Source: a virus (Duplodnaviria; Heunggongvirae; Uroviricota; Caudoviricetes). Taken from it: a stretch of 41,514 nucleotides of DNA. The stretch lies in IMG/VR virus record IMGVR_UViG_2690316276_000005. One strand, written 5' to 3'. The notes below the pieces were generated by a model. That model was given only the letters and a program-made list of their open reading frames with translations. It did no database searches and was not told the origin of the DNA. How positions within the stretch are numbered: position 1 is the stretch's first letter; every line of letters starts with the position of its first letter. This document shows, in pieces, positions 19,581 to 28,837 of this stretch. The translations under genes were made by a program, and so were the position numbers.

Positions 19581-20040
19581 CGCTTTCCCCCCACGTCACA
19601 TCCTGGAATACATGCGACCAGTCGCCTTCGGAAGAGGGCAGGCGGGGTTTTGGCTCCGGCAGGTGTTCTGCCTGCGGTGTGCCCTGACTGCTGCGCGTGA
19701 TGCGAACGCGTTCCCGCAGGGGGAGCGTAAACAGGAGATCGGCGCTGTCATCGTCATTGATAACGGCGGAAAATTTGATGTCCTGATTACGCTCCGGATT
19801 GAGCAACAACTGTGGCTGATTTTCGGATAACCACGCCAGCAGCGGCAGCGTGAGGTCGTCCAGCTCTCCGGCGTAATCCATGACAAACATCACTATCTGA
19901 TAGCGGTAAACAAACGATGGGGTTTCTCCGGTCGTTTCAATGTTGCCGCTCTCCACGAAAATGGTGAATTTTTCCGGGTTGGCATGACACCACCGGCATG
20001 AACGGGTCATGGCTTCACGCAGGGAATCAGTTTTCAGCAT
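19573..20040 (-). CDS. Tail completion protein (P2 gpR-like)
   Basis: 155 aa, MLKTDSLREAMTRS...FTIFVESGNIET...LPLLAWLSENQP... resembles P2 gpR in length and N-terminus. Confidence 0.75.
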   Translation of the reverse strand: MLKTDSLREAMTRSCRWCHANPEKFTIFVESGNIETTGETPSFVYRYQIVMFVMDYAGELDDLTLPLLAWLSENQPQLLLNPERNQDIKFSAVINDDDSADLLFTLPLRERVRITRSSQGTPQAEHLPEPKPRLPSSEGDWSHVFQDVTWGESDG

Positions 20041-20347
20041 GGTTGTTGTCCTCGTTGTTCAGTCGTTGCAGCCTGCGCTGTTCCAGTAATTCAATGGCCC
20101 GCTTATCGGCGTTACAGGTTTCCAGTGCGTCCATGAGGCTGTCGCTCCATATCCCGATGTTTCCCCATGATGGCGTCACCGGAAACGGCGGGGGAAGTAC
20201 GGGGGCGGTCAGCCCTTCCGGGATGAAACGGAACGACGGCGGCGGCGCGGACGCGTTCTGCGTGCTGGTGCAACCGCTCAGTAAAGCGAGCGTCAGGAAC
20301 AGCGCGGGCACATGCATCTGTCGTGATATCGTTGCGTAGCTGTTCAC
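20027..20347 (-). CDS. Outer-membrane spanin lipoprotein (LysC / Rz1-like), partly embedded in the i-spanin gene
   Basis: Lipobox LLSGC after a signal sequence, Pro-rich mature part, out-of-frame overlap with 20112-20585. Confidence 0.6.
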   Translation of the reverse strand: MNSYATISRQMHVPALFLTLALLSGCTSTQNASAPPPSFRFIPEGLTAPVLPPPFPVTPSWGNIGIWSDSLMDALETCNADKRAIELLEQRRLQRLNNEDNNHAEN

Positions 20348-20585
20348 GTCGGATTTCCCCTTCCTGTTGTCGGTTCTGGCGCGCTGTCATGACGTCACGC
20401 AGTACACCGGATGCGGTGCTGATGATGGTGCCGGCCTCTTTCAGGGTCCGGCTGTAATCGTCCAGTTGCGCCTGTGTATAACGGTTGTGTCCGTCTTCCT
20501 GCCCCAGTCTGAATGTCTGCCAGAGTGTTATGGTCAGCAGCGTGAGGACGGTCAGTGCCATCATCAGGATGTAACGCACTTTCAT
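20112..20585 (-). CDS. Inner-membrane spanin (LysB / Rz-like)
   Basis: N-terminal TM (MKVRYILMMALTVLTLLTITLW) followed by a charged helical region; sits between endolysin and R. Confidence 0.6.
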   Translation of the reverse strand: MKVRYILMMALTVLTLLTITLWQTFRLGQEDGHNRYTQAQLDDYSRTLKEAGTIISTASGVLRDVMTARQNRQQEGEIRREQLRNDITTDACARAVPDARFTERLHQHAERVRAAAVVPFHPGRADRPRTSPAVSGDAIMGKHRDMERQPHGRTGNL

Positions 20586-20670
20586 GACTGGCCTCCGGTG
20601 TCACGTAAGCACCATGCACGAAAATCAGTACGACGGTTAACCAGTCCCTGTGAGCGTTCGCCGCCGCTGT

Positions 20671-21126
20671 TCACGAAGTCAGTCTGTTGCACATGTCAGG
20701 CCAGTTGTGCGCCTGTGCATGTTTCCAGATAGTGGTGCGGTGGTAGTTACGGTTCTTATCCCTGAACCACATAAGATTTCTGCATCCAAGATTAAAGGCG
20801 GCATCTGTCATTGCCTCAAACGCGGACTGTGGCATGGCGTTGCCGCTGAAGTTCTGATTTATGCAGTTTTCTGCATGTTGCATATCATTAACCCAGCGCC
20901 CGGCGACTTCCGTTTCGGTGTACAGACGATTTTCCACATGCCCGGTCGAGCCGCACCCCACGGTCATTACCCCGGCAATATCCCGGTAAGGCGTTGCGCG
21001 ACAGTCCTCCCATGTGGCAATGCGGATTTGCGCTTCCGGGCTGGTCCGGAGTTTGTGAGGGGCAATGGAGAACCCCAGCGCCACAATGGCGGCTACGGCG
21101 TAACGTTTAACGGGCAGCTTTATCAT
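20671..21126 (-). CDS. SAR-type endolysin (phage lysozyme)
   Basis: N-terminal signal-anchor-release-like hydrophobic segment (AVAAIVALGFSIA), then YRDIAGVMTVGCGSTGH typical of P1 Lyz / phage 21 R-type lysozymes. Confidence 0.8.
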   Translation of the reverse strand: MIKLPVKRYAVAAIVALGFSIAPHKLRTSPEAQIRIATWEDCRATPYRDIAGVMTVGCGSTGHVENRLYTETEVAGRWVNDMQHAENCINQNFSGNAMPQSAFEAMTDAAFNLGCRNLMWFRDKNRNYHRTTIWKHAQAHNWPDMCNRLTS

Positions 21127-21412
21127 GTGTATCGTTATCCCGCAGAATGTTCAGAGCCTGACGCTCACTGTCGTGAAGTGGCCGTGCGTCTGACTGCGCC
21201 AGGATACTGGCGATGAGTTCATTGCGACGCTGCATGGCGGTTTCCATCAGGCGGCGATGTCGCCAGGCATGTAATGCAGACAGAGAACCGAGTAACAACC
21301 CGGCAAGGGCGATTTTTTCACTGATGGTCATCACGCCTATTGTGGTGGCTGTGACTGATGCCCAGAAGGTGATCCAGTCACTCACCCGCAGAAAAAAACC
21401 TGTTACCATAGC
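21107..21412 (-). CDS. Holin (two predicted TM helices); start codon uncertain
   Basis: Internal Met gives about 101 aa with TM segments DWITFWASVTATTIGVMTI and IALAGLLLGSLSALHAW and a charged C-terminus; immediately upstream of the endolysin. The first 68 codons of the ORF-track call overlap X and look non-coding. Confidence 0.5.
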   Translation of the reverse strand, partial: AMVTGFFLRVSDWITFWASVTATTIGVMTISEKIALAGLLLGSLSALHAWRHRRLMETAMQRRNELIASILAQSDARPLHDSERQALNILRDNDTHDKAAR

Positions 21413-21600
21413 TGTATCATCTCTCGTTGTTTTTTCTTCTCCGGCTCCGGCATTTCCACCTCCTGTCCGGCTTCCAGAAATACCTGTCGGCAGAGTCCGG
21501 GGTTGGCATCCAGCACCTTTTCGGTGACGCCCTGCGTCGTGCCGTAGTACCGGAAACAGAGCGAATCCACGGTGTCGCCTTCCAGTGTCTTCACTTTCAT
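21403..21600 (-). CDS. Tail protein X (P2 gpX-like, LysM-like)
   Basis: MKVKTLEGDTVDSLCFRYYGTTQGVTEKVLDANPGL... resembles P2 X as recalled; internal start of ORF 21403-21633. Confidence 0.75.
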   Translation of the reverse strand: MKVKTLEGDTVDSLCFRYYGTTQGVTEKVLDANPGLCRQVFLEAGQEVEMPEPEKKKQREMIQLW

Positions 21601-22103
21601 CAGCACAACTCCGCAAAGATTCGCGGGCGGCACAGAATGTCAGAGATGGCCCAGCTCACATCGCGCCACAAATCCGATGTCTGTATATCCAGTGCGTCCG
21701 CCCGGCGGTCGCCCTTGTCCGTTGTGTCCGCATCGCGGTAACGCTCCAGAATCAGGGCGCGTGTGGCGGTATAAACAGCATTGCGCCAGTGCCAGAGATT
21801 GACGCTTTCTCCGTTAATTACAGGTGCCGGAACATCGGCCAGCGTCTGATGGCCAGCCGCCTGCTGTTCCTGCTGCCATGCTTCCAGCTCGCGGGTAACG
21901 TGTGCCACGGCCCCGGTGGCGGTATGCAGCAGGCGGGAGGTGGTCACGCGGCCCGGCAGTCGTACCGCCAGACGCAGCTCGCGCAGCACAATATCCGGCC
22001 AGAATGCACCCGCTGAAATACGGGTATCGCCATCTTCGGTGTCGGTGATGTCGTCCTCTGCGGGTCCGGGTTCAGTTCTGGCAACCATACTCATGGGGTT
22101 CAC
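21600..22103 (-). CDS. Head completion / stabilisation protein (P2 gpL-like)
   Basis: 167 aa; ...GAFWPDIVLRELRLAVRL...ADVPAPVINGESVNLWHWRNAVYTATRALILERYR...DLWRDVSWAI... Confidence 0.8.
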   Translation of the reverse strand: MNPMSMVARTEPGPAEDDITDTEDGDTRISAGAFWPDIVLRELRLAVRLPGRVTTSRLLHTATGAVAHVTRELEAWQQEQQAAGHQTLADVPAPVINGESVNLWHWRNAVYTATRALILERYRDADTTDKGDRRADALDIQTSDLWRDVSWAISDILCRPRIFAELC

Positions 22104-22195
22104 TCCTGAAAAAATCGGGCGGTGGGTGCGCGGTGTAAACGGTCACGGAGCCAAACCGGAACACCGCGCACGCCGCCCGCTGACGGGGTCAGTCG

Positions 22196-22996
22196 TTAAC
22201 CGCGCTTCGCCTTCTGCGTCGCGGTGGTTTTTCGTGTTGCAGGCTTCCGCGTTGTCTTTTTACTTTCGCTGCTTTCGTCCTGCGCCTGCTGTGCGCTGGC
22301 GTCTTCTGGTGCGGCTGCGGAATCGGCTTTTTTCAGGGCGCGGGAAAGGGTTGCAATCTCGCGTTTCACACCTGCGTTCTGGTTCAGATGCATCGCTTCG
22401 CGCAGCAGCTTCAGTGATGAGGCCATGCTGTCCGCATCGCTCAGGCCACGGCGGGCAAAGGCGCACGCCTTGCATAATTTGGCGCGCACTTCGTCCGGCA
22501 TATCCTGGTTGGCGACAATTTCCCAAAGTGTGTCCAGTGGTTCGATAAAGACGGACAAATCCGCGTCGGCATCCGTCCCGGCCTGCGTCAGTACCGGATT
22601 GCAGATTTCTTCGGTCAGCACTGTGGCAGCAGTACGGCCAAAGTTATCCGGCATGATGAGGTTGTGACGGACCGCATACGCACCAATACGCAGCGCAAGC
22701 GGAAGATCGCCGCAGTCAATCGCCCACACCATCAGCGTGGCAATCACTTCGTCCTGTTGCCCGCCGTCAGCCTCCAGCGTTCCCTCAATCCAGCCGGAAA
22801 AGTCCGGCAACAACGCTTTTTTGATGTCGGCTTTCGCGCTTCTGGCCTGTACGCCCTTAAGCCGGGCCTGTGCCAGACGCAGACGATACAGCACCTCTTC
22901 ATGCGCGGTACGCGCGGCGTGGTCCACACCTTCATTCGCCCGGCCTGCGCGCTGTGCCATCACGTTCTGCCAGTGTTGCTGTGCAGGAGTAATCAT
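22196..22996 (-). CDS. Terminase small / endonuclease subunit (P2 gpM-like)
   Basis: 266 aa; ...DMPDEVRAKLCKACAF...AGVKREIATLSRALKK... and basic C-terminal tail; position between N and L. Confidence 0.8.
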   Translation of the reverse strand: MITPAQQHWQNVMAQRAGRANEGVDHAARTAHEEVLYRLRLAQARLKGVQARSAKADIKKALLPDFSGWIEGTLEADGGQQDEVIATLMVWAIDCGDLPLALRIGAYAVRHNLIMPDNFGRTAATVLTEEICNPVLTQAGTDADADLSVFIEPLDTLWEIVANQDMPDEVRAKLCKACAFARRGLSDADSMASSLKLLREAMHLNQNAGVKREIATLSRALKKADSAAAPEDASAQQAQDESSESKKTTRKPATRKTTATQKAKRG

Positions 22997-23041
22997 TTTT
23001 TCTCTCCGTTACAGGCGGGCATGATGCCCGCCGTGAGTTGA

Positions 23042-24094
23042 TTAGCTGTCGGCGAACTTCAGGCCAGTGACCATCGCGCACTTGCCATAGTCTTCAACGA
23101 CATAAGCGTCATTGATGGACTGGTAGGTGGCGATGCGGTTGTATTCCGGTTCGTCTTTCATCAGACGACGCATTGAACCTTTCTGCCAGTAAATCGACAG
23201 GTTGTTGAATGAGGTGATCAGCATCGTTGCATCCGGGAAGAACGGTGCAAGGAACACACCCAGCCCGCCAATGGTGCGCGATGACAGGATGAGCTGCCCG
23301 GCAAGTAATTCCGCATTGGGATTCTGGCCGCTGATGCTGTTCAGCACTGGCAGACGCAGCGAGTTAAACAGGTTGCGCCCCATAATCACCACGAGGTCGT
23401 CAGCTTCCTTGTGCCATTCATCCAGCAGAGATGAGCGCGCGTCCTGTACCAGTGCATCAGGGTTCGCGTATTTACCCGCGTGCGCCACGGTGTTGTCCAT
23501 GTTGCGGGAAGTCAGCGTCACGTCATTCATTACGCGCTCGCTGGCATTGGTTCTGATGTGCTCCAGCCACCCCACGTTAACGTCCTGAAGCAGCTTGTTG
23601 GTGCTGAAGTTGGACTCATCCGCGTGAGATGTGCCGTTGAAACCGATCATGATGCGGTCAAGTGCCACCTGTCGGGCAATCTGTGCGCTGATGCGGGACT
23701 GAAAATCGCTGTGTGCCGACCAGGCATCAAGCTGCGGATACGAAATAAACGTGTCGTAGTTCACCTGTTCGCACTGGTATTTGCGGTTTTTCAGATCAAC
23801 CACGTTATTCGGGTTACGGCGTTTTGTTCCGTCATAACTGGTATTTGTGCGTGCAATCGGTCCTGTGGTGTCCAGGAGGATTTTTTCGCCTTTCTGGTCG
23901 GTCACGCCGATCACGTTAATTTTTTTTGTAAGTTCGGTGCTATCCTTTGAGGCGTTTTCAAAACGTTGCTGCACCGCAGGTTCCACGGTAAATCGCGATA
24001 CCAGTGCAGAAACCGGGATATTGTTAAGCGACGCCTGCTGCGCCATATAGCAACCCAGCTTGTTGCGGGTAATATCTGACATCACCAGATTCAT
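23042..24094 (-). CDS. Major capsid protein (P2 gpN-like)
   Basis: 350 aa; ...FTVEPAVQQ...MIGFNGTSHADESNFSTNKLLQDVNVGWL...DLVVIMGRNL...LSIYWQKGSMRRLMKDEPEYNRIATYQSINDAYVVEDY... Confidence 0.85.
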   Translation of the reverse strand: MNLVMSDITRNKLGCYMAQQASLNNIPVSALVSRFTVEPAVQQRFENASKDSTELTKKINVIGVTDQKGEKILLDTTGPIARTNTSYDGTKRRNPNNVVDLKNRKYQCEQVNYDTFISYPQLDAWSAHSDFQSRISAQIARQVALDRIMIGFNGTSHADESNFSTNKLLQDVNVGWLEHIRTNASERVMNDVTLTSRNMDNTVAHAGKYANPDALVQDARSSLLDEWHKEADDLVVIMGRNLFNSLRLPVLNSISGQNPNAELLAGQLILSSRTIGGLGVFLAPFFPDATMLITSFNNLSIYWQKGSMRRLMKDEPEYNRIATYQSINDAYVVEDYGKCAMVTGLKFADS

Positions 24095-24117
24095 AAAAAA
24101 TTTGCTCCTTTGTCTTA

Positions 24118-24954
24118 TCAGAAGTCAGCCAGCTGGTCGGAGGCTGCGCCCGTTGCGGTGAACCGGTTCTGCGGATCGCCGTCCTGCGTGCGCAGTTTTT
24201 CCTTCAGTGCTGTCAGCTCCGTGGTCAGTAAAGTGATTTTCTGGCTGTCCTGCTGATGGCGTGTTTCCAGCGCATTAAAACGGTCGATAATGTCGGCCTG
24301 TGACGTTGCGACGCTTTCCACCGCTTCCTGAATACGGGAGAAACTGGCGTCATCCGCTTTGCGGCCACGACCAATAATCCCCATTACGCGGTTAAACCAC
24401 TGGGTGCCTTCTTCCTGGCGTTGTTCTGCCATTTCGATGATTTCAGACTCGATGGCTTCGGAGATAAGCGGTGCTTCACCCTGGATACTGTTGAACGTCA
24501 TCACCGCCTGACGTTGCTGTGCCGTGAATTTCAGGCGCTCAGTGCCCAGGCTTGCCGGGGTGTCGGTCATCGCCAGCCCGACCAGATAGGCGCGCCCGTT
24601 AACGGAGAACTGCGGGTGCAGTTCGATACTGGAATAGATTTTCTTGCCGTCCGCGACAAGCTGCTTCATGCGCTCGGTCGGTTCGATTTCTGCATACAGC
24701 GCAGTACGTCCGGCCAGCGGACCTTCCGTAATGTCTTCCGTACTCAGTGCGGTGACATCGCCCATTGCGGAAAATTCGCTTGACGGGCATGGCGAGAGAT
24801 AGTGCTCAACGTTCACGCGGGCAGCGTAAACATCCGGGTTGAAGTTCTCGGCGGCTTCACGCAGATGCACCGGACTGATTTCACGGCCATCAACAGTTGA
24901 TCCGGAGACAGCCACGCGAAACTTTTTGCGGGATGTCTTTTTTTCATTAGCCAT
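24118..24954 (-). CDS. Capsid scaffolding protein (P2 gpO-like)
   Basis: MANEKKTSRKKFRVAVSGSTVDGREISPVHLREAAENFNPDVY...; internal start of ORF 24118-24987; divergent from terminase P. Confidence 0.8.
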   Translation of the reverse strand: MANEKKTSRKKFRVAVSGSTVDGREISPVHLREAAENFNPDVYAARVNVEHYLSPCPSSEFSAMGDVTALSTEDITEGPLAGRTALYAEIEPTERMKQLVADGKKIYSSIELHPQFSVNGRAYLVGLAMTDTPASLGTERLKFTAQQRQAVMTFNSIQGEAPLISEAIESEIIEMAEQRQEEGTQWFNRVMGIIGRGRKADDASFSRIQEAVESVATSQADIIDRFNALETRHQQDSQKITLLTTELTALKEKLRTQDGDPQNRFTATGAASDQLADF

Positions 24955-25108
24955 AGTTTTTGCCCCTCTGACTGGTTCTTCAGTCATGATGGCAAAGCGT
25001 AACAGGCTGATACAAAGGGCTTTTGTTGTAAGAAAACGGCCAGAACAGGGGGTTAAGGAGAACGGTTTCGCGCGCGGGTAATCTTCCTGTAATTACTCAG
25101 GGGGAGCA

Positions 25109-26860
25109 ATGATTCAGGACGCTTTTGTGCGCCAGCGTGCGCGGCAACTTTACTGGCAGGGTTATCCGCCCGCAGAAATATCACGTCTGATGGGAATAAA
25201 CCCGAACACGATTTATGCGTGGAAAAAACGCGACCAGTGGGATGAAACGCCACCCGTGCAGCGTGTCACGCAGTCCATCGATGCGCGCCTCATCCAGCTT
25301 ACTGAAAAACAGAATAAAACAGGTGGTGACTTTAAGGAAATAGACCTGCTGACCCGGCAGCTTAAAAAACTGCATGATGGCCAGCCGGATGCGACGGCCA
25401 CAGGAAAGAAAGGCCGGGCGAAAAAACTCAAAAATCATTTCACGCCGGAACAGATTGCCGCACTGCGGGAAAAAATCATCAGCAGGCTGGAGTGGCATCA
25501 GCGGGGCTGGTTTGACTCCCTGACGCTTTGCAGGGAAGCCGGGATACGTAACAGGATGATCCTGAAATCCCGACAGATTGGGGCGACCTGGTATTTTGCA
25601 CAGGAAGCACTGCTGATGGCGCTGCGTGACGATGTGGCACAACCTTACCAGCGTAACCAGATTTTTTTGTCTGCGTCGCGTCGTCAGGCGTTCCAGTTTA
25701 AAAGCATTATTCAGAAGGCCGCGGCTGAAGTCGATGTGGAGCTGAAAGGGGGCGATAAAATCATCCTCTCCAACGGCGCAGAGATGCATTTTCTCGGCAC
25801 TTCTGCTGCGACGGCGCAATCTTACACGGGCAATTTTTATTTTGATGAATTTTTCTGGGTCAGTCGCTTTGCTGAACTGCGCAAGGTGGCTGGCGCTATG
25901 GCAACCCTCAGCGGACTGCGGCGCACCTGCTTCTCCACGCCATCCACCGAAACGCACGAGGCATACGCCTACTGGAACGGCGACCGCTGGAACGAGAAAA
26001 AGGCCGCGCATAAACGCCAGCGTTTTTCTGTGGACTGGAAAACGCTGCATAACGGGCTTATCTGCCCTGACCGGACGTGGCGGCAAATTGTCACGCTGGA
26101 AGATGTGGTTAATCACGGCTGGAAACACACCGATATTGATGAAATTCGTGATGAAAACACCGAAGACGAGTTCCGCAATCTCTATATGTGTGAGTTTGTC
26201 CGCGAAGGGGAATCGGCATTTAACCTGAATATCCTGATTGGCTGCGGTGTTGACGGATACGACGACTGGAAAGACTGGAAACCCTTTGCCCCCCGCCCGA
26301 TGGGGAATCGTCCGGTATGGATTGGGTATGACGCAAACGGCAGCAGTGGTAACGGCGACAGCGGCGCTGTGTCCGTGGTGGTTCCTCCGGCTGTTCCTGG
26401 TGGTCGTTTCAGAACGGTGGAGACGCGACGCGTTCAGGGGCTGGAATTTGAAGAGCAGGCCAGAGTTATTGAAGAGTTCACGTATCGCTACAACGTGGAA
26501 CACATCGGCATTGATGCGACGGGAGGGCACGGGGATGCCGTCTATCAGATAGTGAAACGGTTTTTTCCCGCCGCCATCCCTTACACCTTCACGCTGTCAT
26601 CAAAACGGTCGCTGGTACTGAAAATGCTGCAAATAATGCGTGCCGGGCGGTGGGAATACGATCGCGCCGAACGCGAGCTGGTTGCGGCCTTTAACGCCGT
26701 GCGTAAGGTGAAAACACCGGGCGGTTTTATCACTTACGAAACGGACCGCGCGAGGGGGATCAGCCACGGCGACCTTGCGTGGGCAACCATGCTTGCTGTC
26801 ATTAACGAACCGATTGGCGGCGAAGGAGAAAACGAGCGTTTCACGGTTATGGAGTTCTGA
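25109..26860 (+). CDS. Terminase large (ATPase) subunit (P2 gpP-like)
   Basis: 583 aa; ...KSRQIGATWYFAQEALLMAL..., ...KTGGDFKEIDLL..., ...HGDLAWATMLAVINEP... Confidence 0.9.
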   Translation: MIQDAFVRQRARQLYWQGYPPAEISRLMGINPNTIYAWKKRDQWDETPPVQRVTQSIDARLIQLTEKQNKTGGDFKEIDLLTRQLKKLHDGQPDATATGKKGRAKKLKNHFTPEQIAALREKIISRLEWHQRGWFDSLTLCREAGIRNRMILKSRQIGATWYFAQEALLMALRDDVAQPYQRNQIFLSASRRQAFQFKSIIQKAAAEVDVELKGGDKIILSNGAEMHFLGTSAATAQSYTGNFYFDEFFWVSRFAELRKVAGAMATLSGLRRTCFSTPSTETHEAYAYWNGDRWNEKKAAHKRQRFSVDWKTLHNGLICPDRTWRQIVTLEDVVNHGWKHTDIDEIRDENTEDEFRNLYMCEFVREGESAFNLNILIGCGVDGYDDWKDWKPFAPRPMGNRPVWIGYDANGSSGNGDSGAVSVVVPPAVPGGRFRTVETRRVQGLEFEEQARVIEEFTYRYNVEHIGIDATGGHGDAVYQIVKRFFPAAIPYTFTLSSKRSLVLKMLQIMRAGRWEYDRAERELVAAFNAVRKVKTPGGFITYETDRARGISHGDLAWATMLAVINEPIGGEGENERFTVMEF

Positions 26861-27906
26861 TGAGCAGAAAAAATAAAAAAGTGCGCATGAGTTCACGCAT
26901 TGATCTCGCTGATGCGCTCAGGAAAGAATCGTCGCTCAGTGCATTCACATTTGATGGTCCTTACCGCCTGACCGGGCATGACCTGCTGGACAATATGTAC
27001 TGTGCTGATAACGGGCGGTGGTATGAAACCCCGGTGGACTGGTACGGTCTGGCAAGAGCTGCCCGGCAAACGTCCTGGCATCAGTCTGCGCTTTACTTTA
27101 AGCGCAATGTATTGCTCGGCTGCTATATTCCGCACCCGCTGCTTTCCCGGCAGGATTTCTCGGCGCTGGCGCTGGACTGGTTTGTGTTCGGTAACGCATT
27201 CCTTGAGCTTCGGAGCAATATGCTCGGCGAACCGCTTAAATTACGGCACGCCCTGGCGAAATACATGCGACGCGGAAGCGATCTTGAATCATGGTGGTAT
27301 GTGCAGGATGGCAAGGATGCGTTTCAGTTTCGTCCTGGCAAAGTGTGCCACCTGATGAATCCGGATATTAACCAGGAAATCTACGGCATGCCGGAATATC
27401 TTGGCGCATTACTCTCGGCCAGCCTTTCTCATTCGGCGGACATGTTCAGAAAACTGTACTACGACAACGGATCCCACGCCGGGTGCATCATCTACATCGG
27501 TGCAGCGCAGGTAAACCGCGAAAGCATGGACTCCCTGAAAGAAACGCTACAGGGGGCACGTGGTGGTGGTGCGTTTAAAAACGTGCTCATTCATGCGCCC
27601 AACGGGGGCAAAGAGGGGGTGCAAATTTTGCCGTTCCAGCAGATCACCGCAAAGGATGAGTTCATGAATGTTAAGGCGGCATCCCGTGATGATGTGCTGG
27701 CTGCGCACCGCGTTCCGCCGCAACTGATGGGGGCGATGCCGGGCGAAAAAAGTGCGTTTGGTGATGTGGAGAAGGCCGCGCGGGTTTACGCAATTAACGA
27801 GCTGATGCCCGTCATGGAGGCCATGAAGCACATCAATGACTGGCTTGGCGAAGAGGTGATCCGCTTTAACCCTTACGCACTGTTAGACACCCAGCCCACA
27901 TCCTGA
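26860..27906 (+). CDS. Portal vertex protein (P2 gpQ-like)
   Basis: 348 aa; ...FVFGNAFLE...PDINQEIYGMPEYLGALLSASL...AHRVPPQLMG...FGDVEKAARVYAINELMP...; start overlaps P stop (ATGA). Confidence 0.85.
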   Translation: MSRKNKKVRMSSRIDLADALRKESSLSAFTFDGPYRLTGHDLLDNMYCADNGRWYETPVDWYGLARAARQTSWHQSALYFKRNVLLGCYIPHPLLSRQDFSALALDWFVFGNAFLELRSNMLGEPLKLRHALAKYMRRGSDLESWWYVQDGKDAFQFRPGKVCHLMNPDINQEIYGMPEYLGALLSASLSHSADMFRKLYYDNGSHAGCIIYIGAAQVNRESMDSLKETLQGARGGGAFKNVLIHAPNGGKEGVQILPFQQITAKDEFMNVKAASRDDVLAAHRVPPQLMGAMPGEKSAFGDVEKAARVYAINELMPVMEAMKHINDWLGEEVIRFNPYALLDTQPTS

Positions 27907-27933
27907 CGCGCTTCGCTTGTCTGCTGCTTCGCC

Positions 27934-27956
27934 GGGGCATAAAAAATTTATGCCCC
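27934..27956. terminator. Strong hairpin just downstream of the portal gene
   Basis: GGGGCATAAA-AAA-TTTATGCCCC: 10-bp perfect stem flanked by A/T. Confidence 0.5.
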
Positions 27957-28397
27957 GACTCTCCAGCTCCTGTATCAGTCAGATAATTTCACGACGCTTT
28001 CCTGCTGATTGCCATCATCGACAGTCAGACTCTTACGCAATCCCACCTCGTTGACTGCATATTCTCGCCGTCTCAGTGCGATTTTGACGGCCTTACCTTT
28101 CACCCCATCAAATCAAAAGCCCTCACGTCTTTTTCACGCTCAGCGTGAGAAATACAGCCATTCTGTTGTATCTCTGCGACATCGTTCAGGGAATGCTATT
28201 TACCCCCTGAAACGCGGGCTGTTCCCCCGTCACCTGCGCGCAGAAAAAACGCGTTTTTTTGTGCATGCACGGATCCTTGACGGATCCAGCCGCCACGCGG
28301 GCCGGAAGGGCAAAAAGTCGTTCAAAAAAATTGTGCAAATTTGTGCACTATTGTGCATTTATAAAATCAACTAAAAAACACCTAGTGTGACTTACCT

Positions 28398-28583
28398 CTA
28401 CCACTCGATCGGCACGTAGTCATTAAGTTCCGGAGACCAATTGCACTTTTCACATCTGTGTTTTCCATTCTGGCAGATACATAAACGATAACGGCCACAA
28501 TGCGGGCACCCATTTTCACCATTATCATAATCACCGAGCGACCATTCCTGCATAAGCAGCTCTTCTTCATCATCATTTAGCAT
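28398..28583 (-). CDS. Small Cys-rich (zinc-ribbon-like) protein, function unknown
   Basis: 61 aa with CPHCGRYRLCICQNGKHRCEKC; last gene of a co-oriented cluster between replication gene A and portal Q; GC visibly below the flanking structural genes. Confidence 0.5.
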   Translation of the reverse strand: MLNDDEEELLMQEWSLGDYDNGENGCPHCGRYRLCICQNGKHRCEKCNWSPELNDYVPIEW

Positions 28584-28597
28584 TAATCCCCCTTGAG

Positions 28598-28837
28598 CTA
28601 TTTACTCTTCTCGGCCCTCAAAATCATACGAGAACCATCATCCAGCTCCCAATTAATTTCACCGCCTTCTGCCATGACTAGATGCCAAACGAGTTGAGCG
28701 GCCTCGTTGGTTACATCGCGACCGCGATCATTTCCTACGCGGCGTTTTGTTCCGTCTCCTAAGTCACGCATTTTTGCCAATACGATGGTTTTTGATAGCG
28801 GTGAAAAACCAAGCTGTAGTCGTGCTGAATTACTCAC
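28598..28837 (-). CDS. Hypothetical protein (79 aa)
   Basis: Start overlaps the stop of the upstream 174-aa ORF by 4 nt (operon-like coupling). Confidence 0.45.
   Translation of the reverse strand: MSNSARLQLGFSPLSKTIVLAKMRDLGDGTKRRVGNDRGRDVTNEAAQLVWHLVMAEGGEINWELDDGSRMILRAEKSK

Noticed and set aside
20395-20619. 74-aa minus-strand ORF between endolysin and i-spanin (possible LysA-like gene)
   Set aside because: Overlaps the i-spanin start in another frame, His/Arg-rich, no TM segment or motif; likely spurious.
25181-26530. 449-aa ORF on the minus strand
   Set aside because: Antisense to terminase large subunit P, which has clear motifs; shadow ORF.
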